A stretch of DNA of 64,000 bases from Sminthopsis crassicaudata (taxonomy: Eukaryota), in NCBI RefSeq assembly GCF_048593235.1, contig NC_133619.1, positions 62,572,454 through 62,636,453 on the forward strand, given 5' to 3'. Shown here in pieces: positions 1 through 12,200 of the stretch. Numbering within the stretch: the first letter of the stretch is position 1; every line of letters starts with the position of its first letter. The notes below the pieces were generated by a model. The model saw only the letters and a program-made list of their open reading frames with translations, was not told the origin of the DNA and did no database searches. The translations under genes and the position numbers were made by a program.

Positions 1-3000
1 AGGTCCCGCTGGAAAGCGGACACTGACCGCATCAGATCGCGGCCCTCCACCTCAGACGGAGGAATCACAATGCTGCCGTCCAGGAACTCACTGATGGCAC
101 CCAGAAGGTCCTGCTTGTCGTCCGCCTGGTACGCAGCCTCGTGGAACAACTTGGGGACAGAAGAATCATGGGCTTGAGGCAGAAGGACGGCCGCCACTCG
201 TACAGCTTCTTCAGCCAGCCCGACCCGCCTCCAACCATAAAGTGGCCTCCATCACTCAGAGTCAGCCTGCAGCAGAGTACTAGAGGGCTGATTGAGGGAG
301 CCACAATGAATCTCTTCCTTAAGGGGGAGAGAAAGGAGGCTGGGAGAAATCAAGAAAAATGAACACTGGAACTCTGGGACCCCCTAAAAACCTGGTGGGT
401 GAGTGTCCTCACAATCAAATAAACCAGCAGGGCCAAACTCAGAAAGCCATCAAACCATCCATAAGGATCCCTTCAACCTACATATTGACTTCGAAAACCA
501 TGTTTTAGCATTAGATATGCTTTATTGCATTTTTCTTTATTTTGCTAAATATTTCCCCATTATATTTTAATCTGGGTTGTGAGTTTAGTATGAGACGCAT
601 GTTTGGAACCTCGGGTTTCTGCCTCAGGGGCTCAGGGGCGGGCTTGGGAGCAGGGCCTGACCTTGTCAGACATGAGAGTGGCGATGGAGCGGCCCAGCTC
701 GTGGTAGTCGGTGCTGGTCTCTCGCGGCCCCAGCATCACAAAGATGAAGCGCACGGGCACGGGAACCTCGAGGACAGACTCCAAGAGCACAGCCTCATTC
801 AGCCGGACAAAGGCTGCGGCAGGCTGCTCCAAGAAAGGGACCGAGCCTGGGGAGACAGTGACCATGGAACACGGACCAAAAAAGGGGGCCAGAGCGAGAG
901 GGATGCTGGATAAAGGAGAAGAGAGGGTGCTGCCCGGGGAGGAACACGGAGTAGATAACAGGGAAAAAGACTAAGGGACAGAGGCTGGATACAGCAGCAC
1001 AGAGCTGGCAGGATAAAGATGGAGCCATGAGCTTGGGTGGGCCATGGCCCAGAACCAGGGGAAAGGCAGACCCTTTGGTAAGATGGTAAAGGTGGTAAGA
1101 TGAAAAAGCCAAAGTCTCAGAGCCCTCCACCAGCTCCCTCTTCCCCCTAACTCAATCTCACCCACAAGCACAACAGTGGCTTCTGCATCCTCAGGAATCT
1201 TCTCTAGCAGCTTCAGGCTTTTCCCTCTGTGGGCATCTCCCCCGGGGATGTATGGGGGCTTCTGAGAACACAGAGCCGACATTGGAACTAGGACCCAAAC
1301 TAAGGATCGTGACCTCGATTATTCCTCTTAGCCCATCATTCCCCAGGTCAGGGAATTTCCCAATGGAGGAAGAGTTCACTCTGTTTTACTCTTTGCTGGA
1401 TGTCTGGCATCCAGGAGGTATTTAATAAATGTCTGTTGATTGACTAATTGACTGAACTCTGTGATATAGATAAAAGAGTGTGCTGGATTCAGGAAACCAC
1501 CCAGATTCAAATCCTAGCTTGATATATTTTCTCTATCACTAAGCCTCTCTAACCTTCAGTTTCTTACTCTATAAAATGATACAGTTGAAAAAGCCAAGAA
1601 CTAAAGTAATGGTTAGAAGTAACTAGAGCACAATAGCCTACCTTGAAATTAAAAAATTGCAAATAAATATTCATATCTTTATGATTTATAGATTCTGTTA
1701 ATTGTACAGACCCAGTAACTGATGTTTTTTGAAGCCTAGGATATTGGGATTTTGGTAGAGAGAGATAAGCAACTGTTCTCCAGTTTATTAAATGAGTAAT
1801 ATTTAATAACCTGAGTTGGGAGCTCTGAGGTAACTGGTTAATTAATGAGAAAGAAATTACAATTTTAGTAATTAAAAAAATATTCAGCATATCCCTGGAT
1901 TACCTTGGAATCCAGGATGAAGAGAACCTCTATGGTAACTAGTCAAGTAGCAGACTGAAGGGTGGGCATCCCACTTAGGAGATGAGTCACTATGGTCAAA
2001 TCCTAGACTTCCCACATGTATTTTCTTTCTTTTTTTTTTCAATTAAGATATTGTATTAAATAACCAACAATGTCTCTTCAAGTGTGAAATTCAACAATTT
2101 TGCTATTCAGGATGCAGGCTGAGCGAAAGAACAGCCATATGAGGTAACAGAAAAAGCCACTCGGGTGAAATCTGAAGTCTCTGACACCAGCTACGTGATC
2201 CGAGACCAGTCACCTCAACTCTCCCAGCTTCGTCCAACTTCTCCATTTGAAAATAGAAAACAACAACTTGCTCATTATTTATAGGAATTGACCTGAAGAA
2301 AGCAAATTGCAAATGTGACGGGCTTTGGAAATGCCCCAGTACCCCTCCTGCCATTTCACAGTCACTCAAAAGCTCAGGCAGAGTCTTAACCTCCATGGGT
2401 TTCAGTGACCTTCTTAGGGATCCATGATTGGCTGTGGGGGTGGGGCTCCATGGAGCACATTCCTGCCTCTCTCTGACTTAACAGAGGGGCTTCAAGACCT
2501 CCCGAAGCCGACCCTGTGGGCCAACCCGGGGAAACACCTGAAACACCCCGAGATGTAGAGGAGATTTAGGCTCGCCTATCACTAGAGATAAGGTGGTGAT
2601 GTCATCACCCTTTAGCAAGACCGATTTCATTTTCCATCCCTCATTTAGACAATCACAAGCTGTCTCACTCTGTCATGTAACTGTTTCATGGCCTACCCAA
2701 GTAATAAGGGAGGGCTGTGAGGTCACCGGCTATGGGTTCCATACGATAAGCTTTTAACCAATGCTTTAATTAATTCAAATCAAACTGAACTGTCTCTGAC
2801 TCGAGCTAGGGTCAGATTTCGAAGGGGAGCTGCTCACCTCTCTGTTTTCAGCGTCATGGGGCCAGAGCGGAGCGGGTTCACTGAGGTCATCCCCCATGGC
2901 AGGGACAGCGCTGTCAGAAACATGGCCTGGAGGTGCGTGATGATTCCCCAGCATGGAGTTCACACTGGAGCTGGATGGATTTCGGGGGAAAAATCCTCCA

Positions 3001-3974
3001 TCTTTATCATCATTAGGGTGGCTGGGCAGGAAGTAGGAGGGGACCACAAAGGGTTAGATCCCACAAGACTTCTTTCCTCTGTTTGTTTATTACCCAACCA
3101 TGTGCCTTGCCTGCCCCGCCAACACACACACTGGCTCGCTTACAAGCAGCGTCTCTGGTACCTGTGTTTTAGTAACAGAGTGCGCAGCACGTTTGCTCGG
3201 TCCTCAGGACGGATTTGGTCCGACATGATCATTGTTTCTACCACAAGGTGAGCGATACCGGGCAGGGTGGTCTGCTCTAGGTCCAGGAGGATGGCCCCTG
3301 AGAGGGTGTGGGAAGAAAAGTATGAATGCTGATGGGGAATACCCTCCTAATCAGTCCTGGCCCTTTGCCCCCAGGAAGACAGTAGCATCTACAGCTGGGT
3401 TCTTTAACCTCTCATCCCTAGACACTCACAGTCCCACTGAGTGAGCCACTGGAGAGTCTAGTTTCTGCTCTACAGTATAGCAGGAATAATAATCATGGGC
3501 ACAGGACAGACTCAGCTCAAGAGAAAGTGCCAGCCCTACTGCACAAGGGCAAAATCTAAGGATGCCAGGAAGATAATCCTGCCCCCAAAACAAGTCTCTA
3601 TCCATATACGGAAGTCTGTATTTGAATTTCATTCCCTTGACTGACTTTAACCCTAGTTAAAAAAGAAACCTTCCCTAAGGGTGTCCAACATAATGCTGTA
3701 TCTCTTCGTATCACAGATTTCAAGCTATCAAATCCAGTCTCTTAATTTTATAGATGGGGAAACAGATACCCAGAGAATTGTCCAAGATCACCCAGAGCCA
3801 AGAATTTTATAGATGGGGAAACAGATATCCAGAGAATTGTCCAAGATCACCCACAGCCAAGACAAACCCAGTTTCTCAGATCCCTAAAGCAAATGCTGTA
3901 CAACCTTGAATAAATTTATCAGACTCTTTCCTAACTGCAGATTTTTGATAGAGTAAAGAAAGGAGAAATATGGA

Positions 3975-4032
<58 letters not shown>

Positions 4033-7000
4033 CCTGGATACATGGAGGTCTTATCTAGGTCCAGGAGGTTGGCCCCTGAGAGGACAAGTGGGTAAGCAAG
4101 AAGGATATGGGAAGAGACATATGAATGCTGATGAGAAAGGGGCTCAGAAATACCCTCCTAACCAGTCCTAGCCCTTTGCCCCCAGGAAGACACTAGCGTC
4201 TACAACTGGGTTCTTCTACCTCTCACCCCTGAAGACATCCATGGCCTCATTGAGTGAGGCACTTGGAATATGGGAAAGGAACAGAACCCAACACAAACAA
4301 GACAGTGTCGTACAATTTTAGAGAACTCCGTTCTCCCTGCCACTTACTCCAGACTGAATCCATCATGGCAGTGATCCTGTGACCCTGGTCACGGTCCCAG
4401 AGCCATGATGGTCCTCTCATTGGAGCATGTGATTACATGATAGAAGGCCTGGATTCTAATTCTTGTTCTGCCATGAATAAGCTTTTTAATCTCTGTCAGT
4501 TCGTTTAATAATATTTATGTCTCAGTGTCTTCAGCTGTAAAATGGGAAGAAAAATCAAGTTTGCTTAGTTCCTACCTAATTCAATGAAGCAATGAGTATA
4601 TTAAGTGCTTCCTATGTGGGAAGGGAAAATGATGTAAAGAAGTAAATTTGAAAGCCATGAAGCACGATGGACTGATAAGAGGAGCTACAATCACTGCTCC
4701 ATGGAGCTCAATCGATAAGCAAGGAGAATGATAATCATTCTCAGGACCAGGTCCAATTATATGCAAGAACATGGCCCTGGGCCCCAGGCCTACCATGCTG
4801 AAGTTGAAATGGAACTAGTTCTAGAGAAGGAGGGCCTGAGTTCAGATCACAGCTCTGCTGGCCACCATATGACTGTGGACAAATCTGCTGGCCTCCATGG
4901 GCCTCATGGCTTTTATCTGGAGAATAAGAGGGTTGGACTGGACTATACTGAGGTTCTTTCCAAGTCTAAATGGATGGTTCTAGACTCCAATATCAGTTCA
5001 GTCCAAATACCATATCAGTCCAGTATCATCTATCTCTTTCTAGAAGCCCTCCAGTGTTAGTGACCAACAAGTTTCATGATGAGGTGACAGGACATAAGGA
5101 AGACAAATGGGGGGAGTGGGAAGTATCAAGGAGCTACACGGTTCCCTATATGACATGGGAGGATGGGGGAAGAGCTCATACCTCGGGCAATGGTTTTCCT
5201 CAGCTCCAGGAGGCTGCGGAAAGACAGTGAAGCCACATGGGGCTTCCCCCAACGCTCGGTCTCCTCCTCCACATCCTCCTCAAACTTGATCCATCGAGCA
5301 GTTTCACGCCACTGAGGCTCCTGGGCCTTATCCAGCATGAGCTCATTTAGTTCCACAAACACCTGGGGGAGAAAAGAGAGGAAAAAATTGGCCTCTTAGA
5401 AAGAATCCCAGTCCAGAAGTCAGAGAGGAGGTTCAGATCTCATTTCTGATGGTCAATACTCCGATGACCTTGGACATGTCACTGGATCTCAGTTTCCTCA
5501 TCCAAAAAATGAGGAGGCTGAGAAAGATGGTCTCTGGGGTTCCTTCTTGCTCTAATTCTATGATCCTATAAATAGTGAAAGATCAATAAAGTCAGCACCA
5601 GGGAGATGGAAGATGGGAAGAGAAGCATGAAAAATGGAATCTTAGAAAGAGAGGGAACTTACAAAGAGAAAAAAATATGAGTCTTGCAATAAAGCAAACA
5701 ATTGGTGCCATTCAACTGCAGAATAGACTGTCAGACAATGAACAATTATTAAGCACCTACTATGTGCCAGGCAGTGTTTAACACTACCATGAAGAGAGGC
5801 TACTGAGGAAGAAAGGGCTTTCCCCCCTCAATAAAGGTCTTCCAGGCATTTGTTCATTGTGTTGTAGACAGGATTCCTACACAGGGAAAGCATGGATTGA
5901 GTGGGCTCTGAGGTCACTTCCAACTCTGAGAATCTGGGATTCTGAAGGAGGGAAGGGAATGTACCAATTCACAAGTAATAGTTAGGGGTCTGCTAGTTAG
6001 ATGTGCTAGGTGCTGTGGATACAGGGAACCACACAGTCTCTACGCTCCAGGAGCTCCCATTCTGCTGAAGGAGATAAGGACACAGAAATCTAGGCAGAAT
6101 AGGTCTAAAGAGAATAAATATGAGGGAATCACACATAAGATCATTGGAGAGGCTGAGGGAGAAGGCGCGCCAGGAAAGGATTTGTCTTTAAGGCTTGTAT
6201 CTTGAAGGAAGAGGAGGGCTTGGAAGAGGTGGAAGTGAGGAAGATGTTCACTTCAGACATAGGGGCAGATAAGGAAAGGGCAAAGAGTCAGAGCTAGACT
6301 ACCACGTATGAAGAACAGAGTCAGTCTGGATCACAAGGGCACAGATTGGGGAATAATGTCCAATGAGACTGGAAGAATAGGCTGGGGTCAGGATGCACAG
6401 GGCTTTACGAGCTAAACACAAGGAAAGAGATTGAGGCCAGGAACACAAAATGGGGGGGGGAGGGGAAGGATGCATTTCAGACCCATCTACCCTAAGTCTC
6501 CATACCTCATGAGGCCTCCGGTCCAGCTTCTTTTTTTTCTTTTTCCTCCTCAAAACAGGAGCCAGACTTCCAGGGCTACTCTTTGCCCCCTGGATTCGGG
6601 AAGGCTTCTTCACAAGATGCCTCCGAACTCCAGGGTTATCCTCCAGCCGATGACCTAGGGGAAAAAGGGGTAATTGTTGACTCGAAAAAGGCGAAGGAAT
6701 CGGAGCCTTAGAAGCACAGCCAAGTCCACTCTAGTTATCCTGTCCAACACAGTCACCTTAGCCCCCAAGTCTACCCTCTAAATACAGGCTGAATACACCA
6801 AAAACACATAGGCTGAAGCACAGACCCAAGCCTAGCACAGTCTAATTCTAGAGAATAGCCTCTTATCCATCCATACAGTGGATTCACATCCCTGCTGACC
6901 CATTTGAGAGATCCACAAATGACCGTCAGCCTCAGTCCCCCTTGACTGTATCATGGGAGCGCTAGGATCCCTATACTCATCTCTGCTTTTATTCCATGAC

Positions 7001-10000
7001 CATTCCCCAACGACCCACAACCTCCCCCCCTTCCCAACCTGCGACCTAGAAGACAGGAGAGTCACTCACAAGCTAGCTCCCCAGCCATGGGGCTTAGATG
7101 GCCCCGGATCAACTCCCACAGGTCATAATCCTCAAACTCCAGCACAAATGCCTCAAAGTCCTCCGAGGCCTGATGCTCTTGAAGAGGGAAGCCCAGAGTC
7201 TCCCGAGGACTCAGGCTGGCCTCAGACCTAGCGTTCTGAGCTCCATTCTCTTCCGCCTCCTCCAGCTTACTTGCCATTACCCCCCTTGTGACTGGGCACA
7301 GCTTAGTGTTATGACCACATGCCCACTCCGACTGGCACCAAGCTCTCACATTCAGGGTCCACAACAGAGGCAGGGAGGGGAGAGAAGGAAGCAGGGAGAG
7401 CAAAAGCCCTCTATAGAGGGTAGTCCCCCCCACTCCCAGCCCCCACCTGGGCCCTTGAACACACCCTTCTATCCCCGCCCCCCCTCACCATCCTGCTGCT
7501 GCCATCGGACGGATTGTTCCTGCCCCTGTCCTGAGGCCCTGGCTACTTTCCATGACGTGTCTGTGCTCAAAGCAGCAGCAACAGCCCCCCCCATACCCCG
7601 CCTCCATGTCATGGTTGTGAGAGGGAGGGAGGAAAAAGGAGGGTGTGGTCAGTGGGCATAGAGCTTGCCCAGGGCATGGAGCTTCATGAGTGATGACAGG
7701 TGGTACAGAAAACAGGCTACTGCTAATAAAGAGAGAATGCGCAAAAGCCCAGTAGATGTCAAGGAGAGGGAAGGAGGGGAGAGAAAAGGGCAAAGGGGAT
7801 AGGGAGAGAGGAGAACAATAAAAGGTAAAGGGCACTGTACAAAATGAAGCTATATTTTATAATAATAATAATTTTTAAAAATAATTTAAAAAAAAACAGC
7901 TCCTGAAGATTTGCAAAGTGCTTTCCAGGTGTTACCTCACTTGATCTTTACAAGCCCCTTAAGAAGTCCTCCAATATCATTATTCCCCATTTTACAGCTG
8001 CAAGAGAAGCTGTGTCTTAACAAGATCTCTTTACAAGCCCCCTAAGAAGTAAGTCCTCTAAGTATCATTATTTCCATTTTACAGCTGTGAGAGAAGCAGT
8101 GTCTTAACAAGATCTCATATCTATGCAACTCACTTTAAAGTTTGCAAAGTGCTGAATCTATATTATCTCAAGAGAGTTTCCCAGCTCTATGAAATGGGGA
8201 CTATGCTTTTTCCCATTTTACAGATAGAGAAACTGAGGCTGAGAGCAATTAAGTGACTCTTGCAGGGTCGTAAAAGCCCAAGATGGAAATATCCACACCT
8301 TCCTGCCTCTAAGCCCAGTAGGGCCCCTCTGCCTGAGTCTAAGAGATGGGCCCAGGAGGAGCCTCTCACTCACTCTTCATGTAATCCAGATCAGCAGAGC
8401 CAAGCATCTGAGCCTCAGCCTCATCGGTGGGCACCTGCTGCTCCAGGCTGCCCGGGCTTTCCAAGGCACTGCCAGGGCACAGGCGCTCCCGCAGGTCATA
8501 ACTTGCTGATGGACTCCATGGCCTGGCCTTCTCATCCATGCCTCGAGGGGTCCGGGGCCGGGGAACAGGGGGACTGGGAGAAGAGTACAGCTGGGGCAGG
8601 GAGCTGGGGTGGAGAAGAGGCCCCTGCTTCCCTCACCTGCACTCTCGGGGAGAAGTCAGACCTGACAAGGGCCCGGAGGGGAAAATCGAAGACCCTGTCC
8701 CCTCAGGAGAGCCCTTGACCTCTCCCCACCCAACCTACAAGGCAGGCCTGAGAAACAGCAGCCACTTAGTTGTATTGGGGAGGAAAAGCTTCTCCTAAAG
8801 GTCAAGGAAGGAAGGTGAGAAGAAGGGTCAGTACTCTCCCCAGCCCTTCTCACCCCCTTTTCCTGCCCCCTCCTCATCATTCTCACCCATCTCTCCAAAC
8901 TTTCTTCGCCCATTAAATCCCACTGGCTTCCTCCTTTACTTCCCCCCTCCTCTCTTGGGTTCTTTCTCCATCCCACTCTACCCCTTCCCCTGCTCCTTTT
9001 TCCTCTTTATTCCTCCTCTTAGTCAATACTCCTTATTACTTCTATTACTCGATATCATATCGTTGTTTCGTTGGGGGGAGGCGATCAAGATTACATCAGG
9101 GTCACATGGCTAGTGTCAAACATCTAAGGGCCTCCTCAGTCTAGCCACTGAGCCACTTAGCTGCCCCACTCAATGTTAGAGATCATAATTTGAGGACTGA
9201 TATCAGACCAGGGCCTTTCCGCTGGCTTCTCCAGAGTTCCCAGTTCTAAGACCAGGAGAATTTGGAGGAGGGGGAGGTGAGGTGGGGGAGCAGCGGCAGA
9301 AAAGAGGCCCAGGTGCCTTTGGGCACCACTCCCGACCCTTCTGGAAAGGACCTCTGTCCAAGGCGGGGCGTAGGAGTGTGGTATATCCTCGACCCAGTAA
9401 CTTCGGTTCTGGGGAAGGGTCCAGTCCCTGAGGAAGTGGCCAAGTTAGTGGCGAATACCTGCTGCATTGTTCAGAGTCATGGTCCAGGCCCAGCCCAGGC
9501 TGAGACAAGGACTTTGTGGAGAGACTTTTCCGTGGGATGCCCACACTGTCATCATCATCACTCCCAATGGAAAACTGGGGGTCAACAGGATGAAGCCTCA
9601 GAGCTGTGTTCCCTACTCCGACTGCCCACTCAGTCCCAAAGCCACACCCTTCAGTGTCCCTCTGTCCCTTGGACATTTACTCCCTCCACCCCTCCCCTGG
9701 CCATTCAACCATTATGACCCCCATGGCACTGTCCATGCAATTCTGCCTCACAAATCATCATCTCAACACCACTCCATGCCCACCTCGACTCCCAGGGAAG
9801 TCATTCTTACCTTGGCTCTGCTTGGGGACGCTAGAGGCAAGGGTTCCTGGTCCAATGTCTCTGCCTCAGATTCCCCTTCTTCGTCCTCTTCCTCCTCCTC
9901 TTCTTCCTCCTCTGCCCCAGCTGCCCCCTCCTCCTGGATGGGAGGGGTGCCTTCAGAAGGGGGAGCAGAGGTCTTCTCCTTCTTCCTCTTTCTCCTGGCC

Positions 10001-11289
10001 CGACCGGCAGAGGTGGTGGGTAGTCGACGAAACTTGTGTGGGGGAGGCAGTCGAGCTGACAGCGGATGGTGTGTGTGGTGGGATGTGTGACGGTGAACTG
10101 AGATTGCAGGGAGAGTCGGCCTCAGGCCCCTGCCCTGGCACGGCAACCCCCACCCCCCATACACCTTACCTTAGTCACAGTTTCTAGGGCCCTCCTCCCA
10201 AGTCCCTACCATCTCTCTTGGGCCTACACACTACCTTTTCCCCTCTAGCTCAAGACAAGAGATCTCCCCATAATCTTTCCTTAAGTCACCATTCCCCTTT
10301 CAGTTGCGTCCAGGGCCTTGTGACCTGATGAGGGCCAACCAAATCAGGGGTACAGGTGGGGAGAAGAGAAGCCGAGAGAAGACAGGTATCAGGAAGGAGA
10401 GGGATGGGGGAACAAGTGAGAGCTGAAGAGGGGAGACAGGGATATAAAGACAGAGCAGTAGACAAAGGGGAGAGAAATGGGGGAGACTAAGAAGATAGGG
10501 GAGAAAGGGAACAAATAAAAACGAGGGACTGGACAGAGATTGTAGGGCTACATCTTACTACTAATACTTTAAGTGCCAATGTCTAGTGCTCCTGCAGTAG
10601 AGAATGGGGTGAGGCAGTGTGGATCACCAGCACAATAGCCAGCAAATAATGGCACTGGGTGACTGAGACTGATGCTGATGATTGTGAGAACGGTGATGAT
10701 GATGATGGTAATAATGGTGATAACAGGCTGGGGTCCCTAGGCTACGCACACTCAAAGTCTCTCTCGCTGTAGCTTCGGCTTGGTTTTTCAGAGTCCCAGG
10801 CAGGAGGTTTGCTGATCAGGTCCCCGAACCTGCGGACAGCCAAGGTCTTTCCCAAGTCTTCATCATCTTCTTCTCCATCGGGGCTCAGAGGAGGCTCCTT
10901 AACCGGTACCCGGACCTACAGACCCCAGATAACCTCTTCCTAGTATCCTTGACCTGGACACACCTGGAAGCCACTTAGGCCTGGATGCTGGAGCCATCCT
11001 TGAGTCAGAGTCCCAAGCCTTGGTCAGCCTTGCTCAGAGCTGCTCTAAAAGGCCAAGTCCTTCCACTGCAGCTCTCTAGAACCTCTCCTCCTCTAGGTAA
11101 AAGACCCCATCCCATGGAGGCTTTCTCCCCTCCCAGAGGATCACCCCTCTGATGATCTCCCCCACCCCCACCCCTTCCCCACTAGCTTCCTCTCCCAAAC
11201 ACCAACGCACGCCCATCTGTGACAAACTCTTTCACCTGGGGGAGAGGCGAGGCGCCCCCGGGAGGTGGGATCAGTCCTCCGTTAGCCAT
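1..11289 (-). CDS. SLC4A3: Anion exchanger 3 (AE3, band 3-related Cl-/HCO3- exchanger), brain-type isoform, N-terminal cytoplasmic domain; partial, continues beyond base 1
   Basis: Hand-spliced coding exons, all AG/GT bounded and phase-matched: 11236-11289 ([18 protein letters not shown]), 10750-10915, 9811-10097 ([24 protein letters not shown]), 9459-9574 (FSIGSDDDD), 8374-8603 ([14 protein letters not shown]), 6506-6654 ([31 protein letters not shown]), 5182-5362 ([26 protein letters not shown]), 3162-3297, 2838-3021, 1162-1261, 662-846 ([14 protein letters not shown]), 1-149 ([11 protein letters not shown]..). These are diagnostic AE3 peptides. Confidence 0.97.
3744..3861. repeat. 59-bp tandem duplication of a MIR-core fragment
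   Basis: aattttatagatggggaaacagata(c/t)ccagagaattgtccaagatcaccca(g/c)agccaag occurs twice head-to-tail with 2 mismatches. Confidence 0.9.
3978..4030. repeat. (TA)n microsatellite
   Basis: About 26 uninterrupted TA units. Confidence 0.95.
4031..4265 (-). pseudogene. Decayed local duplicate of the SLC4A3 intron 8 3' end plus the first ~45 nt of exon 9
   Basis: 4054-4265 aligns by eye to ~3278-3450 (ctaggtccaggagg.tggcccctgag; ccctttgcccccaggaagaca; tgagtgag.cact). The copy keeps CTCAG|GG GCC AAC CTC CTG GAC CTA GA versus the real GG GCC ATC CTC CTG GAC CTA GA. Confidence 0.85.
7070..7277 (-). CDS. SLC4A3: Putative cardiac-type AE3 (cAE3) alternative first coding exon in intron 6
   Basis: ATG in strong context (GTAATGG) at 7277 and 69 open codons ([32 protein letters not shown]). 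It ends in T|GTGAGT, a phase-1 consensus donor matching the phase of exon 7 (joins as C-HRLEDNP). Location and length fit the known ~73-aa cAE3 N-terminus. Confidence 0.75.
7943..8116. repeat. ~80-85 bp diverged tandem duplication (MIR-derived)
   Basis: Two copies of tttacaagcccc..aagaagt..tatcattatt..cattttacagctg..agagaagc.gtgtcttaacaagatct. Confidence 0.8.
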
Positions 11290-11559
11290 CGTTTGGGGCT
11301 TGGGGGTGGGTCCCTGGCGGTCTCCCGTCACTGAACGGGTACGGCATCTAAGTGGGGAGGTCTGAAGGTAGAAGGAGCAGAGGTGAAGAGCACAGGATCA
11401 GGAAAAATGCCCCATCCCCACCCCCTGCAGGGTCAAACAATTATCTCTAGGGTCGGCACCGCTTCCTCCACCGCCCCCCCCCAATCCATAGGCACTCTTT
11501 CCACATCCCTTCCCTGCCCCCACCTCTGGATGCTCGTGGGGGACCCGCCCCCGCCCAAG

Positions 11560-12200
11560 GAAGCCGGGGTGCCCTCCCCCATCCCCGTGACCTTCTCCTC
11601 AGCCCCCCTTTCCGCAGTCCGTCGCCCTCTCCAGCAGGCTGGGGCTCACGTTCGGACTCTGGCCTGGAGAGCCCCCAGCCCTATCCTCCCGCCACGCCCC
11701 GCATCCGGTCCCTCGCCCCCGCTCCTCCGCCTCCGCCTCCTCCTCTCCTCCCGCCCCCCACATCGGTACCTCGGGACTCAGGAGCCAGCGCCGAGAGCCG
11801 GGAGCTTCCCATCTCCCTCCCTCCCACGCTCCGCTTCGGGGCCTCCGCGTCCGTGCAACCTCTGGCGGAGAGCGAGACAAGCGGGGCGGGCCGGGCGGCG
11901 CTGGGCAGCCAGACGCAGGCGCCCGAGCCCGCAGCCCGCACCCGCAGCCCCGCACCCGCACCCGCAGCCCCGCGGCTCCACCTCCTCAGTCCCCGCCCGG
12001 CGCAGCAGCTCCGCTGAGCCTCGGGCCCGTTACAATGAGAGCGCGAGTGGGGCCGTGACTCACCCCACGCGGGCCGAGCCTGCTCCCCGCACGCTCCCGG
12101 ACCCGGCCATTCTCCCCCGCGCCACCCCCGCCTCAGGCTGCAGCTCTCCAGGCCCCCGGCACATCAGCCTGAGTTACTGCTCGGGAGCCTTCAGTTCCCA
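11560..12200 (-). promoter_or_regulatory. SLC4A3: SLC4A3 CpG island / brain-type promoter with non-coding exon 1
   Basis: Dense CpG and GC boxes. Donor GAG|GTACCG ends exon 1 at 11770. Exon 2 acceptor (CCTTCTACCTTCAG) opens at 11361, upstream of the ATG at 11289. TSS not determinable. Confidence 0.75.

Noticed and set aside
1470-1580. tRNA-like A/B boxes (e.g. gattcaaatcc) here and in many SINE heads
   Set aside because: They belong to MIR/MAR1/WSINE CORE-SINEs. There is no cloverleaf, so these are not tRNA genes.
5592-5610. RE1/NRSE-like TCAGCACCAGGGAGAT in SLC4A3 intron 7
   Set aside because: The right half-site deviates from GGACAG/GGAGAG-GCC, too weak to call.
8625-8670. Possible 25-nt microexon or upstream acceptor (TGTCAG..CAG|GTGAGG) before SLC4A3 exon 6
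   Set aside because: The following intron would be only ~33 nt, and the upstream acceptor is out of frame with exon 6.
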